From Nitrosopumilaceae archaeon (GTDB taxonomy: Archaea; Thermoproteota; Nitrososphaeria; Nitrososphaerales; Nitrosopumilaceae): a stretch of 64,000 nucleotides of DNA. Each line of letters starts with the position of its first letter. The stretch's first letter is position 1. The notes under the pieces are model-generated. The model was not told the origin of the DNA, searched no databases, and saw nothing but the letters and a program-made list of their open reading frames with translations. Below, in pieces: positions 1 through 9,525 of this stretch. Made by a program: the position numbers and the translations under genes. The stretch spans positions 192,001 to 256,000 of the forward strand of contig OZ242274.1 of the NCBI GenBank assembly GCA_965207375.1, given 5' to 3'.

Positions 1-2609
1 TAAGTGCCGTCAGTATTTTTCATGGCAAGTTTTTCTATCAATTTATCAAGTCCCTCTTGATTATATTCAAGAATCACGATTGCGGTTCTTGAATCAAGTG
101 GATTTTGCAATAAACCATTAGAAGTTGCTTTTAGAACACTGTCAAACTCGGTAGATATGTTCTTTGCGTCAGCATCGTATGGAATAACTCTGTGTTCGTT
201 ACCGTATACTCCGGTTAATGCAGTGACATAATCATGACTCCATGCATCATCAAGATGTATGGAGATGATTTGGTCATAATCATTATCTGGAATCAGTTTT
301 GTTACTATATCGGTCACCTGACGAGAGCTATCAACGGTAAGTCTGAAGATGCCATCATCTTGTACAGCAAATGATTTTGCTGCTGAAGAGTAACTTAACA
401 AGACAATGTCTCCATTATCTGTACCGATCTTGCCGGTGTTGTTAAGAGTCCTCAACTGTTCTGAGGTGTAAGTACCTACTGCTCCTTTAGCGCCTGTATT
501 TAGTACATCCTGTATAGCGGTTGTTCCCAAAGTTATTCTCTTTGGAGCATAGTCATTATCGGTAACAACATCGGTAACAGCTTTATCAAATGCTGTTCCA
601 AAGTGTTGCGATTCGTAATCACGACCGTCGTATAGTAATGGAATTGGTGTTGGTTGTACTTGTGGTTCTGGTGCTGGCTTTACGGTTATAACAACAGTGT
701 GTGTATCAGAGGTTGCTTCATATTCGTCAGTTGCTGTAAACTCTATGGCTACAGAACCTGCTGTTTTTGGAGTGAATACAAAGACATCATCATTGTTTGG
801 TGATGTTGTTTCTGTATTGTTTGCACTGTACTTCATAATGTTACCAGTAGTGTCAACTGCATTAACAGTCAGTCTCAATGATTGACCTACTGTTGCATTT
901 GCTACACCACTAACCGATGATATGACTGGAGCTGCGTTATCACTTAGTTCTTTACAAGAAGAAGGATTAGTACCATTCAATAATACTAGACCACTGCCTG
1001 ATGTGTTACAATGTAAAGCAACATCGACTGATGTACCGTTATCGGTATTCACCAATGATATGTTTACAGTACCTTCAGGTAATGAACTAATGTCATAATT
1101 GAATAGATTATATCCATAGTTTCCATCGTTGGTATTGACCAAAGAGGCTTGTAGTTCCTCGCCGGTAATACCAAGGTCAATTAGTACGGTGCTTACTGTG
1201 TTACCACTTTTAGCATCGTCAAGAATTGCTCTGTCGCTGAATGCATTCACATTTGTTTTGTTATCTTCTGTACCATCATAAGACACTGTGATTTGTCCGT
1301 CGCTATTTGCTCCACTACCTAAGGTAATTGGGCTTCCAGTCCTAAGACTTGGAATTATTTTGTAGCTAGGGTCACTTAATGAAATGTCCTCGTCTGCTCT
1401 GGTATTTTTGTTAATATCAGCATCGACAAGAACGACCGGTATTAGTTCACCGCTGTTCCAAGTGGCAGATGCGGGTTGAATGTCAATTGTAGCAAATGCG
1501 TGAGTTACTAGGACAGATGCTGGACCGTCATTGTAATCTACAGTAGCTGACGTGCCTCTATCTGCATCATCGATGATTTTGAGTACAGATTTGTCAGACT
1601 CGTCATAAGTACCAAAGATTCCACTGTTAGGTCCTTGTTCTGTGACAGTTATTGCAGCCGGAACTCCGTCGACAGGATTAGAATCGCTGTTATCCTGAAT
1701 TTCAATGATGTCGTTACCCTGTGTACCTTTGTTTAGTAACAATTTACAATCAGAGCACATCAAATCAGGATCAGACGGATCTATGCTGTCACGTGCTGTG
1801 TTAGTTCCTTCACCGCCATTATCATCAAAGAGATGGTAATAGGCTTCACCGTCGCCTTCTGGATCTGAGTTGAACGTCCAAACATCCTCGTCAGTTGGGT
1901 CAATGTTTAACCATGCATCAGTAATAGTTGCATGAACTTGTGCTCCTTGTGGATAAGAAGTTCTGTCCAGCATTATACCTGCAAAGTCGTCAACAGTATC
2001 AAAGGTTAATGTGGTGCTTTGTGCACCGCCACCTTTGTTATACTGTACTACAACATTGCCACCTTGACTGAATGTGTAGAGTTGGATGAATGGCCATGCA
2101 TTGGCATCAACGCCAATTTGACCACTACCAAAACTGTTTATGTTCTTCTCTTCTCTTACAACATTGACATTATCGCCATTATTGTAAAAGAGTCCATCAG
2201 CTTCAAATTCAGTAAGATCAATATCACTAGCAGAACCAGATGTACCAAAGTCCAATCCATTATCAGTACCATCAGCTAACTCTGCCATTTCTTTATCAGC
2301 AAAGTAACCATACCAGTTACCGTCAGTTGCTTGAACCATTCTCAGGTTGTTGCCATTAACAGTAACGTCAGGTTCTCCCTCGCCTTCATTAGTATCAGAG
2401 ATAGATGAATCAATTATTGTCACCTCAATTACTTGAGGTCCGGACATGTAATTGTCAAATTTTGAGTTTTCTGCGGAGACGAACAAGTTCGCGTTGGCAG
2501 CATAGGCCTCTGGTACCATTCCTGGTACTGCAAAGGTCATTCCACCAGCGACCATAATTGTCATTAGTGTTAGACTAGTTAATTTTCGTTGTATTTGTTG
2601 TTGTTTCAT
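1..2609 (-). CDS. S-layer protein (SlaA-like N-terminus) fused to Ig-like and periplasmic-binding-protein type 1-like domains; runs off the left edge
   Basis: Absent from the ORF track because it has no stop in the window. ATG at 2609 reads MKQQQIQRKLTSLTLMTIMVAGGMTFAVPGMVPEAYAANANLFVSAENSKFDNYMSGPQVIEV...GEPDVTVNGNNLRMVQATDGNWYGYFAD, the typical Nitrosopumilus S-layer start. After a KPAPEPQVQPTP linker come SYSSAAKSFAVQDDGIFRL and IISIHLDDAW, which are LivJ-like motifs. Confidence 0.85.
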   Translation of the reverse strand, partial: MKQQQIQRKLTSLTLMTIMVAGGMTFAVPGMVPEAYAANANLFVSAENSKFDNYMSGPQVIEVTIIDSSISDTNEGEGEPDVTVNGNNLRMVQATDGNWYGYFADKEMAELADGTDNGLDFGTSGSASDIDLTEFEADGLFYNNGDNVNVVREEKNINSFGSGQIGVDANAWPFIQLYTFSQGGNVVVQYNKGGGAQSTTLTFDTVDDFAGIMLDRTSYPQGAQVHATITDAWLNIDPTDEDVWTFNSDPEGDGEAYYHLFDDNGGEGTNTARDSIDPSDPDLMCSDCKLLLNKGTQGNDIIEIQDNSDSNPVDGVPAAITVTEQGPNSGIFGTYDESDKSVLKIIDDADRGTSATVDYNDGPASVLVTHAFATIDIQPASATWNSGELIPVVLVDADINKNTRADEDISLSDPSYKIIPSLRTGSPITLGSGANSDGQITVSYDGTEDNKTNVNAFSDRAILDDAKSGNTVSTVLIDLGITGEELQASLVNTNDGNYGYNLFNYDISSLPEGTVNISLVNTDNGTSVDVALHCNTSGSGLVLLNGTNPSSCKELSDNAAPVISSVSGVANATVGQSLRLTVNAVDTTGNIMKYSANNTETTSPNNDDVFVFTPKTAGSVAIEFTATDEYEATSDTHTVVITVKPAPEPQVQPTPIPLLYDGRDYESQHFGTAFDKAVTDVVTDNDYAPKRITLGTTAIQDVLNTGAKGAVGTYTSEQLRTLNNTGKIGTDNGDIVLLSYSSAAKSFAVQDDGIFRLTVDSSRQVTDIVTKLIPDNDYDQIISIHLDDAWSHDYVTALTGVYGNEHRVIPYDADAKNISTEFDSVLKATSNGLLQNPLDSRTAIVILEYNQEGLDKLIEKLAMKNTDGT

Positions 2610-2826
2610 GTTATTGGTTTTTATCTGAAAACTAAGCAATTTTCCCTAGTTTTGACCTGTATCATAACCACTGGGCGTGATTTTTTGCCATTTTAGGCGA
2701 TAAAGCCACAAAATGATTAACCACTAACCTGTTAACACCCTCTCAAGTGACGAACCAATAGTCCATTTGTCTTATATCCTACGTATTGTATCATTAATCT
2801 TGGATAACTTGCTTCTCAAAAGATGG

Positions 2827-2926
2827 GTAACACTTCGACTTTCTGAAGTTATGTGCGTAAAAAACGCCAAACTCTTGATTTTTACATTTGATTCAGGCAT
2901 AGTACTTCATAAAGTCGATCTGTTAC
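2827..2926. mobile_element. 100-bp MITE (IS66-derived), copy 1
   Basis: Imperfect TIRs GTAACACTTCGACTTTCTGAAGT / ACTTCATAAAGTCGATCTGTTAC; 8-bp TSD AAAGATGG (2819-2826, 2927-2934); identical to 4222-4321. Confidence 0.9.
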
Positions 2927-3078
2927 AAAGATGGATCATTTGTCCATTTGTCTTATATAGTTAGTTTTCAGATAGAAATTAATCATTTTTCATTCATAAA
3001 TCTGATTGAGCGTAAAGCCTGCGGTTATAGGAACAGTGTTTTGATGGTCCCAGAGGCTAGGACGCAGGCACGATACAG

Positions 3079-3969
3079 TCAATCGGTAAAATAGTCATCA
3101 TCGACCTTTTTTACCTCAAAGGTGTCCCTTACATTCACGCCTAGATTATACTCGTACATGTATTCAGTCAGCATATTGCCGTTGATTAGGATGATTTTTG
3201 CATCGATGTTTTTTACAAAGTCGTATGTGTCACTTGAAAAGGTAGAGGATGTTATGAATATGCCTTTTTTTGATTTTTTACTTGACAGAGCCCCTACAAA
3301 ATCCCTTACCTGGTGTATTGGTACTGTATTTTGCCATCTTTTTGCCTGAAAGTATATCTCATCTAAGCCTAATTTGTCCTCCTTTACTACACCGTCTATT
3401 CCACCATCACCTGTTCTCCCTAGCACCTTATGATCAATTCCATATCCCATTTTTCTAATCAAATCTAGCACGAGTCTCTCAAAAAATTCCGGAGTGTTTT
3501 CGTTAATCTTTTCAAGTAGTTCGTTCTCAACTTCACTTCTAATGATTCCATGACCTGTACTTAGCATCTCCTCTGGAGTATATTCAACGGAGAGCGAAGA
3601 TTCTTCCTTGTGTTCCTTTCTTTTAGCTAACATGTTGGAGTGATATTGGTGATATTTTGGAATTGTCAGTAGGTATTTGCGGTCTATGCGTGCAGGTTTT
3701 CTTTTTAAGGTGTTCTGACCGTCCTCGGTTATAGAAATAATGTTTTTTGTCTTATCTACCAAACCTGCTTTTTTTAGATCAGCTATGACCCATCTAACTT
3801 TGTTTTGGAATAATGTTTCACGACCACGTTTTGTGAGTTGATTACGTTCCGCATCTGTCAGATCAAATTTTTCTTCAAGGGGTTTGATTAATTCACGTAG
3901 ATGAATGCTTTTTTTATTATCACAAATACTCAAAATTGATAATCCTAACTCCCAATATTTTGGACGCAT
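3079..3969 (-). CDS. mrr: Mrr-family type IV restriction endonuclease
   Basis: Mrr_N wHTH (FQNKVRW..ADLKKAGLV) and catalytic motifs FFERLVLDLIRKMGY, GDGGIDG, QAKRW, VRDFVGAL, KGIFITSSTFS. Confidence 0.93.
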   Translation of the reverse strand: MRPKYWELGLSILSICDNKKSIHLRELIKPLEEKFDLTDAERNQLTKRGRETLFQNKVRWVIADLKKAGLVDKTKNIISITEDGQNTLKRKPARIDRKYLLTIPKYHQYHSNMLAKRKEHKEESSLSVEYTPEEMLSTGHGIIRSEVENELLEKINENTPEFFERLVLDLIRKMGYGIDHKVLGRTGDGGIDGVVKEDKLGLDEIYFQAKRWQNTVPIHQVRDFVGALSSKKSKKGIFITSSTFSSDTYDFVKNIDAKIILINGNMLTEYMYEYNLGVNVRDTFEVKKVDDDYFTD

Positions 3970-4221
3970 GAAAATGGCATGGTTCAGTACTATAATTTGG
4001 TATCGAACCAGTCAAGATTTCAGATGAATTGTAGGTACATGTGTTATCGTGTTAATACTTTTTGTAGGATTTAGTCATTTGTATGAAGGAAATTAGAATC
4101 TGACTAGAGTTAGTTCTCTTTGGGGAAGGTCAGAATCTGGAAAGTGTTGGGTGTTAGTCATGCTTTTTTTCTCTCAAATGCTATGAAAATCACTGTAGAC
4201 CCGTCAAATTGGTAAATTATT

Positions 4222-4321
4222 GTAACACTTCGACTTTCTGAAGTTATGTGCGTAAAAAACGCCAAACTCTTGATTTTTACATTTGATTCAGGCATAGTAC
4301 TTCATAAAGTCGATCTGTTAC
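4222..4321. mobile_element. 100-bp MITE (IS66-derived), copy 2
   Basis: Identical to 2827-2926; own 8-bp TSD AAATTATT (4214-4221, 4322-4329). Confidence 0.9.
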
Positions 4322-4778
4322 AAATTATTATCCAACCAGTATTAAATTCTAATTTTTTATAATCACCCTCAGAACATGTTGCACATCCTCCAATATTATT
4401 TGGAGTCGGATGATTTGCAATTTGTATCGTGTAATTATTTATATCATATTTGTCCTTCGTGTCCCGAAGTATTGAATGTTTAACATAAAATCTTGGTTTG
4501 TATTTACGATTCCATTGTGTTTGTGTTTTCTTATACATCCAATTCGTCCTTGCTTTCCAACCCCAACTCATCATCAATTTTGGACTGGACTATGTGATCA
4601 TTATCACTGTCTTCCCAGGTGGTAGGCACAATATCCTTTTCAAATTTGGATAAATTAGTCATTAGTCATACAAATTAATTGCTAGTTAAAAACATTCCTT
4701 ACACTTTTTCGGCATTATGAATTATCGTCTTCCAATCAAGAGATAGCTGGTCGAATTTCGTTATCTGAGTCATCTTGT

Positions 4779-4913
4779 TCATGTCTGATACTTCCTGCAA
4801 TCTCTATTACCACATCTAGCGATTTTCATTTTTGTAATGATATTATTACCACAATACTTGCATTTTATCTCCCTAAGTTTACCCTTCTCTGTGTATTTTT
4901 TTGGAAGACCCAT
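4779..4913 (-). CDS. small Zn-finger protein (44 aa)
   Basis: Manual translation MGLPKKYTEKGKLREIKCKYCGNNIITKMKIARCGNRDCRKYQT; GAGGTGA SD-like sequence upstream. Confidence 0.5.
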   Translation of the reverse strand: MGLPKKYTEKGKLREIKCKYCGNNIITKMKIARCGNRDCRKYQT

Positions 4914-4974
4914 AGTAATGATCACCTCTGCTGGTTATTATAGGTAATGCCCTAATGTATAGGCAATATCCTAT

Positions 4975-5316
4975 ATGTTAAAATATAGGATGTGGACTAT
5001 ACAAAGTATGAATGTTTACGCAGGAATACACACAAAAAATCCCAAGGTAACCATCACCTGTAGGAACTGCAAGGTTCAAAAAATCATGAAATACAATGAG
5101 ATGATTGCAGGCGAGATCAAATGCGATTGTCCGGATAACAAAAAGCCGGTAATGTCAACGTATGAGATTTTTGAACAAATCCACAAAGAGTATGCAGAGG
5201 CCGTCAAGTCCGGCCCATCTGCAATACAAGAGTGTCCAATATGCAAATACAAATCATGTCTCCCAACAAGGTTTGAATTTCACATAAAGGCACATCAACA
5301 CAGAGGTGAGGCATAA
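4975..5316 (+). CDS. Cys/His-rich Zn-finger protein
   Basis: CRNC, CDC and CPIC...HIKAH (C2H2-like) motifs; true start may be the downstream Met near 5008. Confidence 0.55.
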   Translation: MLKYRMWTIQSMNVYAGIHTKNPKVTITCRNCKVQKIMKYNEMIAGEIKCDCPDNKKPVMSTYEIFEQIHKEYAEAVKSGPSAIQECPICKYKSCLPTRFEFHIKAHQHRGEA

Positions 5317-5512
5317 TATGCCTTTACACAAATTTGATTTTGAGTGCAAGTTTTGCGGTTATGTCAAGTATTGCACTCTGGCTGATGCACAAGAGCATGT
5401 CAGAGAGTGTCAGGGCATAGACGAATGTGCACAGGAAAACTATGACTGGACTGAGCAAGGCAGAGAGAATCACGCATTGCATACCTACAATTCTAGAAGA
5501 TGGGTTGAATGA
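5306..5512 (+). CDS. small C2HC Zn-finger protein
   Basis: CKFC...HVREC; overlaps the previous gene; followed by a T-rich tract at ~5534-5550. Confidence 0.5.
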   Translation: MRHNMPLHKFDFECKFCGYVKYCTLADAQEHVRECQGIDECAQENYDWTEQGRENHALHTYNSRRWVE

Positions 5513-5630
5513 AGGCTAAATGCCTAACCCCCTTTTTTATTTTAAATTTCGAATTTAGTGACAATCCACTAAAGGCCGTCAAACTGCATGTTATCAAGCC
5601 ACGTTCTTAATTTTTATTTTTTTAAAGTCA

Positions 5631-7097
5631 CTATGGGCATGCTATGGGAACACCAGTATTATTAATGAAAGTAAAACATTCACTATTTATTTCACTTCCA
5701 TCTGGGTTTAGGTTCATGCGATGATAGATTCCATTCTTATCATGGTACACATGCCACCATAACTGTCCAGTATCGGGATCCCATGATTTACTTACATTAT
5801 TTCCATTCTCATCAGTGTAATGATGGACTGATAACAGTCCATTTGTATAATACTCTTTTTGTACTATTCCATTCTCATCACCATAAAGATGCTTCTTTAA
5901 CTGTCCAGTTTCATACCATTCTTTCACCCACGCACCATCAACTTTCCACCAGCCATCAGTATTTGTATAGTTATACCCATGAATATATAATTGACCGTTT
6001 TCATACCATTGTTTTTCTACTTGAACCCCGTCTGCATCTGTCCATTTGTGGTGTGTTATGGTTTGGGTTCCATTATCTTTTTGAAGATCATAAAAAGATA
6101 TTCGTAAATTATATTTACCATCTATTTCATCTACTGATTCAGATTCAACAACTGATTCAGATTCAACAACTGGTGGTAATGGTTCGTGTATCTGGCCTAT
6201 TGCGCCTGATATAGATTTATGTACAAATGGTTGTCCTTGCCACCAGTGATGTTCTGGTTCCTTAGTCTCTCGTGCTGTTCCAGTAGGCAATATAGGCAAC
6301 ATTTCCCACATTTGGATTTTATCAAAGCCTTGCGGATGTTGTTCTACAATCAATAATAAAGAGTCATTACAATAACGTTCGTAACTATCACATATTGGAT
6401 GGCTCCAAGATTGTTCTATGTTAAATTGTATCTCATAAAACCCTGTCCGTTGATCAGGATAAACCGTCTGATTTACAACTATGCCAAGTCCACGATTCAT
6501 CGGAGCCGATTTGCTGTCCGTATATGATGTAAAACCGTAATTAGTACTATCCAACCGGTAATCATCTGTTACAATTATTGTAACCGGTGCATTTGATGTT
6601 GACGAGCCGTTTATGACCACTAATGATTCACCTGCTATTGTATTGATTGTTGTATTCAATAGATGTACTCTTCTATCAGATTCAATACTGGCGTCCTTGA
6701 TTTGTAGTTTCTCTTTCTTATTGTCAATGTTAGTATCTTTTCTGTCAATCTTGCTATTCTTTCTGTCAATTGCTTCCTCGAGTTTTACAATCTTGTTTTC
6801 TAATTTGTCAATCTTTGCATTTTTGTTGTCTAATTTAGATTCTAGTTTTTCAATTTTATTTTCAGTTTGGTTGTTTTTAGCTTTTAGTTTATCTCTTAAT
6901 TCTGCAATCTTTACATTTTTGTTCTGTTTATCTTCTTTTAGTTCTGTAATCTTAGTTTCTAGTCCTGTAATCGTTGCCTCTAGTTCTGCAATTTTAGCCT
7001 CTAACTCTGCAATAAGATCTGGATTTGCATAGACTACAGAACTTGATAATAGAGTAATTGAAAGTAATGCTATAATGGTAATGTGTAAAGTCTGCAC
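5631..7097 (-). CDS. secreted coiled-coil protein with C-terminal MORN2/YwqK-like repeats (paralog 1)
   Basis: Signal peptide MQTLHITIIALL...VVYA; K/E/N heptad coiled coil; repeats WYENGQL, WYETGQL, YYTNGLL. Confidence 0.8.
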   Translation of the reverse strand: MQTLHITIIALLSITLLSSSVVYANPDLIAELEAKIAELEATITGLETKITELKEDKQNKNVKIAELRDKLKAKNNQTENKIEKLESKLDNKNAKIDKLENKIVKLEEAIDRKNSKIDRKDTNIDNKKEKLQIKDASIESDRRVHLLNTTINTIAGESLVVINGSSTSNAPVTIIVTDDYRLDSTNYGFTSYTDSKSAPMNRGLGIVVNQTVYPDQRTGFYEIQFNIEQSWSHPICDSYERYCNDSLLLIVEQHPQGFDKIQMWEMLPILPTGTARETKEPEHHWWQGQPFVHKSISGAIGQIHEPLPPVVESESVVESESVDEIDGKYNLRISFYDLQKDNGTQTITHHKWTDADGVQVEKQWYENGQLYIHGYNYTNTDGWWKVDGAWVKEWYETGQLKKHLYGDENGIVQKEYYTNGLLSVHHYTDENGNNVSKSWDPDTGQLWWHVYHDKNGIYHRMNLNPDGSEINSECFTFINNTGVPIACP

Positions 7098-7146
7098 TGG
7101 CTTTAGGCAGGATTGTGAGTTATTAAATCAATCTGTCTGGTTCTTA

Positions 7147-7226
7147 CCTGCATGATATTTCATACATTCACAAATTACGGATATTGACTTTTGATTAGAC
7201 TTGGTATGTTAAAAAATTTGTTGATT
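7147..7226. repeat. 80-bp conserved 3' element, copy 1
   Basis: 79/80 identical to 8896-8975; its right ~40 bp recur at 42961-43002; lies just after the stop of 7229..8530. Confidence 0.85.
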
Positions 7227-7228
7227 TA

Positions 7229-8530
7229 TCAAGTTGTGTTGTGTTGTAATATTTGTCCGTCTTGATTCCATGCTATGTTATATGTTCTAAATCCAATATC
7301 ATACAATACATCATGTGTTAATCCATAAATATTGTGACTTGCCAGCTGCCCGTTTTCATGCCAATGATAATACATTTGCATATGAGGCAAGTCTGCTTGA
7401 GTGTATCCATCCCTAACGCCACCATGTTCGTCATACCAACTCATTTGCATTTGATATTCGCCCTCTATGTACCAATAATCTCGTATCTGTCCATTTTCAT
7501 ACCAAGTATAACTCACTTGATGTCCATTTTCATCAAAATGGGTGAGACTCTGCATTTGTCTATTTTCAAACCACATTTTCTTCACCCAATGTTCATTTGT
7601 ATCATAATAACTGTAACTAAATACAGTACCGTTGGTATGGTAATAGCATTCGTATGTATCGGCAGGACATTGAGTAGGTCTTGGTTCTCCTAGCATATTT
7701 GTTGGTATGCCGTTATGTTGTATGTATACGGTACTATTCATGGTTATTTGTTGTGGGTTTGTTGTTGTTGGTATGATTTGTTGTGGGTTTGTTGTTGGGT
7801 TAACATCACGTTTAGGTATTGGTTTAGGTTCTGGATTCAATTGTGTTTTCATCTCGTCTATTATTTTTTGTTTATTCTCAACTTTCTCTTGTTTATTGGC
7901 AATCTTTCTATCCACCTTTTCTTTCAGATGATCAATCTTTGCATTTTTTTTGTCAAGTGCAGCTTCTAGTTCTGCAATCTTTGTATTTTTCTTTTCTAAT
8001 TTAGCTTCTAGTTTTACATCTTGATTTTCAGTTTGGTTGTTTTTAGCTTTTAGTTTATCTCTTAACTCGTCAATCTTTGTATTTTTGTTTTGTTTATCTT
8101 CTTTTAGTTCTGCAATCTTTGCCTCTTGTTCTGTTACCTGTGATTCAAGTGTGGTAATCTTTGAGGTTAACTCACTTGTATCAGTTGTACTTTTTTGTGA
8201 TTCAAGATATTTTACCCTAGTTTCAAGAGTTAAAATTTGATTATTCTGAACTGAAATTATATCACTTAATTTGGCTGCATTATCAACATACCTCTGAATA
8301 GATTCTTGTAGCTGAGTATTTCGGTGTTCAAATTGTGCTACGGTGTTATTCATTGTTGTAAGATCAGATTTTGCCTTGTTAAAATCTTGAACTAGAGCCT
8401 GATATTGCGCCATTACTGAATCATAGTTTACCTTCCAATCAATATCAGGAACTACATCATGTGCATAAGCTGTACCTGTTGATATTCCAATTGCTAGAAC
8501 TGCAATTATAGTATAGTGTAAAGTCTTCAC
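7229..8530 (-). CDS. secreted coiled-coil protein with MORN2/YwqK-like repeats (paralog 2)
   Basis: MKTLHYTIIAVLAIGISTGTAYA signal; shares ELKEDKQNKN.KI.ELRDKLKAKNNQTEN with paralog 1; WYENGQ and WHENGQ repeats. Confidence 0.8.
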   Translation of the reverse strand: MKTLHYTIIAVLAIGISTGTAYAHDVVPDIDWKVNYDSVMAQYQALVQDFNKAKSDLTTMNNTVAQFEHRNTQLQESIQRYVDNAAKLSDIISVQNNQILTLETRVKYLESQKSTTDTSELTSKITTLESQVTEQEAKIAELKEDKQNKNTKIDELRDKLKAKNNQTENQDVKLEAKLEKKNTKIAELEAALDKKNAKIDHLKEKVDRKIANKQEKVENKQKIIDEMKTQLNPEPKPIPKRDVNPTTNPQQIIPTTTNPQQITMNSTVYIQHNGIPTNMLGEPRPTQCPADTYECYYHTNGTVFSYSYYDTNEHWVKKMWFENRQMQSLTHFDENGHQVSYTWYENGQIRDYWYIEGEYQMQMSWYDEHGGVRDGYTQADLPHMQMYYHWHENGQLASHNIYGLTHDVLYDIGFRTYNIAWNQDGQILQHNTT

Positions 8531-8895
8531 TAGCTACGAACAAATTTCAGGATTATTAAATCAGTCGATCAAATAGCATTCCCACTTTTCATGCATCTTG
8601 AGCAGTTTCTTATCTAGGATATGCTTTTCATGCGTGATACAATATGCCATGATTATAGTTACTACAAAATGACATAAAAAATTAATGTTTTAGTCTCAAA
8701 TTTGATAATTCTAACTTATCCCATCTTTGACCATATAGTTAACCAGACTGCAAAGCAAAGCATTCCAGCAGTATTTAGTATCATTTGTATTTTTATGGCC
8801 TTGTTTGGGTCTATCATTGTTTTACCTCTAGTTTTAGTTTTGGGCTAACCTGACGATCTATCCTTGGTTCAGAAGGATTGTATGGTTTCTGCTTG

Positions 8896-8975
8896 CCTGC
8901 ATGATATTCCATACATTCACAAATTACGGATATTGACTTTTGATTAGACTTGGTATGTTAAAAAATTTGTTGATT
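8896..8975. repeat. 80-bp conserved 3' element, copy 2
   Basis: 79/80 identical to 7147-7226; overlaps the TAA of 8974..9510. Confidence 0.85.
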
Positions 8976-9510
8976 AGGGATCAACTAGGTCAGGTAACTC
9001 ATTACATACACCATTAGACAAACGGTATGGTTTATCTGTAGGACAATTAGGATCAATGTCCCAATTAAGCCTAAGAGGTTCAGGACTTGTCCAGCAATCG
9101 CCATCAGATCGAAGATATGGATAACCAGCAAAACATCCATCAATTAAAGTAAAATCCTCATGATAAAACATGGCATAATCGTAATAATCTGAACGCTGTG
9201 CAATTGACTCAATTTCTGCCCTTATGTCATAATATTGACTATATGTAGAATGTGTTATAAAATCCACACATGTTTCCTCTGTAATATATTCAGAAAGAGT
9301 TTGAGATTTAATTCCTACTGGACTAAGTGCAAATTCAAAAGGACTTTCATAGGCCAAGTCTGTCATTGTATGCAAAGCCTCAATATGATCCTTGACTTTT
9401 TCTTCACATTCCCAATCGACATGCGAATATGTGTTAATAATAAAACTACTCAAAAATCCTGCACCTGCAATCGCAAAAAGAATGATACTGATTTTAATGG
9501 TTATGTGCAT
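8974..9510 (-). CDS. membrane-anchored hypothetical protein with two C-terminal Cys repeats
   Basis: N-terminal TM; C...PYLRSDGDC and C...PYRLSNGVC repeats; 15 bp downstream of 9526..10569. Confidence 0.65.
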   Translation of the reverse strand: MHITIKISIILFAIAGAGFLSSFIINTYSHVDWECEEKVKDHIEALHTMTDLAYESPFEFALSPVGIKSQTLSEYITEETCVDFITHSTYSQYYDIRAEIESIAQRSDYYDYAMFYHEDFTLIDGCFAGYPYLRSDGDCWTSPEPLRLNWDIDPNCPTDKPYRLSNGVCNELPDLVDP

Positions 9511-9525
9511 TAGTTAGAACGCTCA

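Noticed and set aside
3017-3069. GCCTGCG...CGCAGGC stem downstream of mrr
   Set aside because: Only 7 bp, with no recognisable RNA family.
2827-4321. mrr delivered as a MITE-bounded composite transposon
   Set aside because: Each MITE has its own distinct TSD, so they inserted separately.
2827-8975. Repeats as a CRISPR array
   Set aside because: Only two copies of each repeat, 80-100 bp long and kilobases apart; no spacers and no cas genes.
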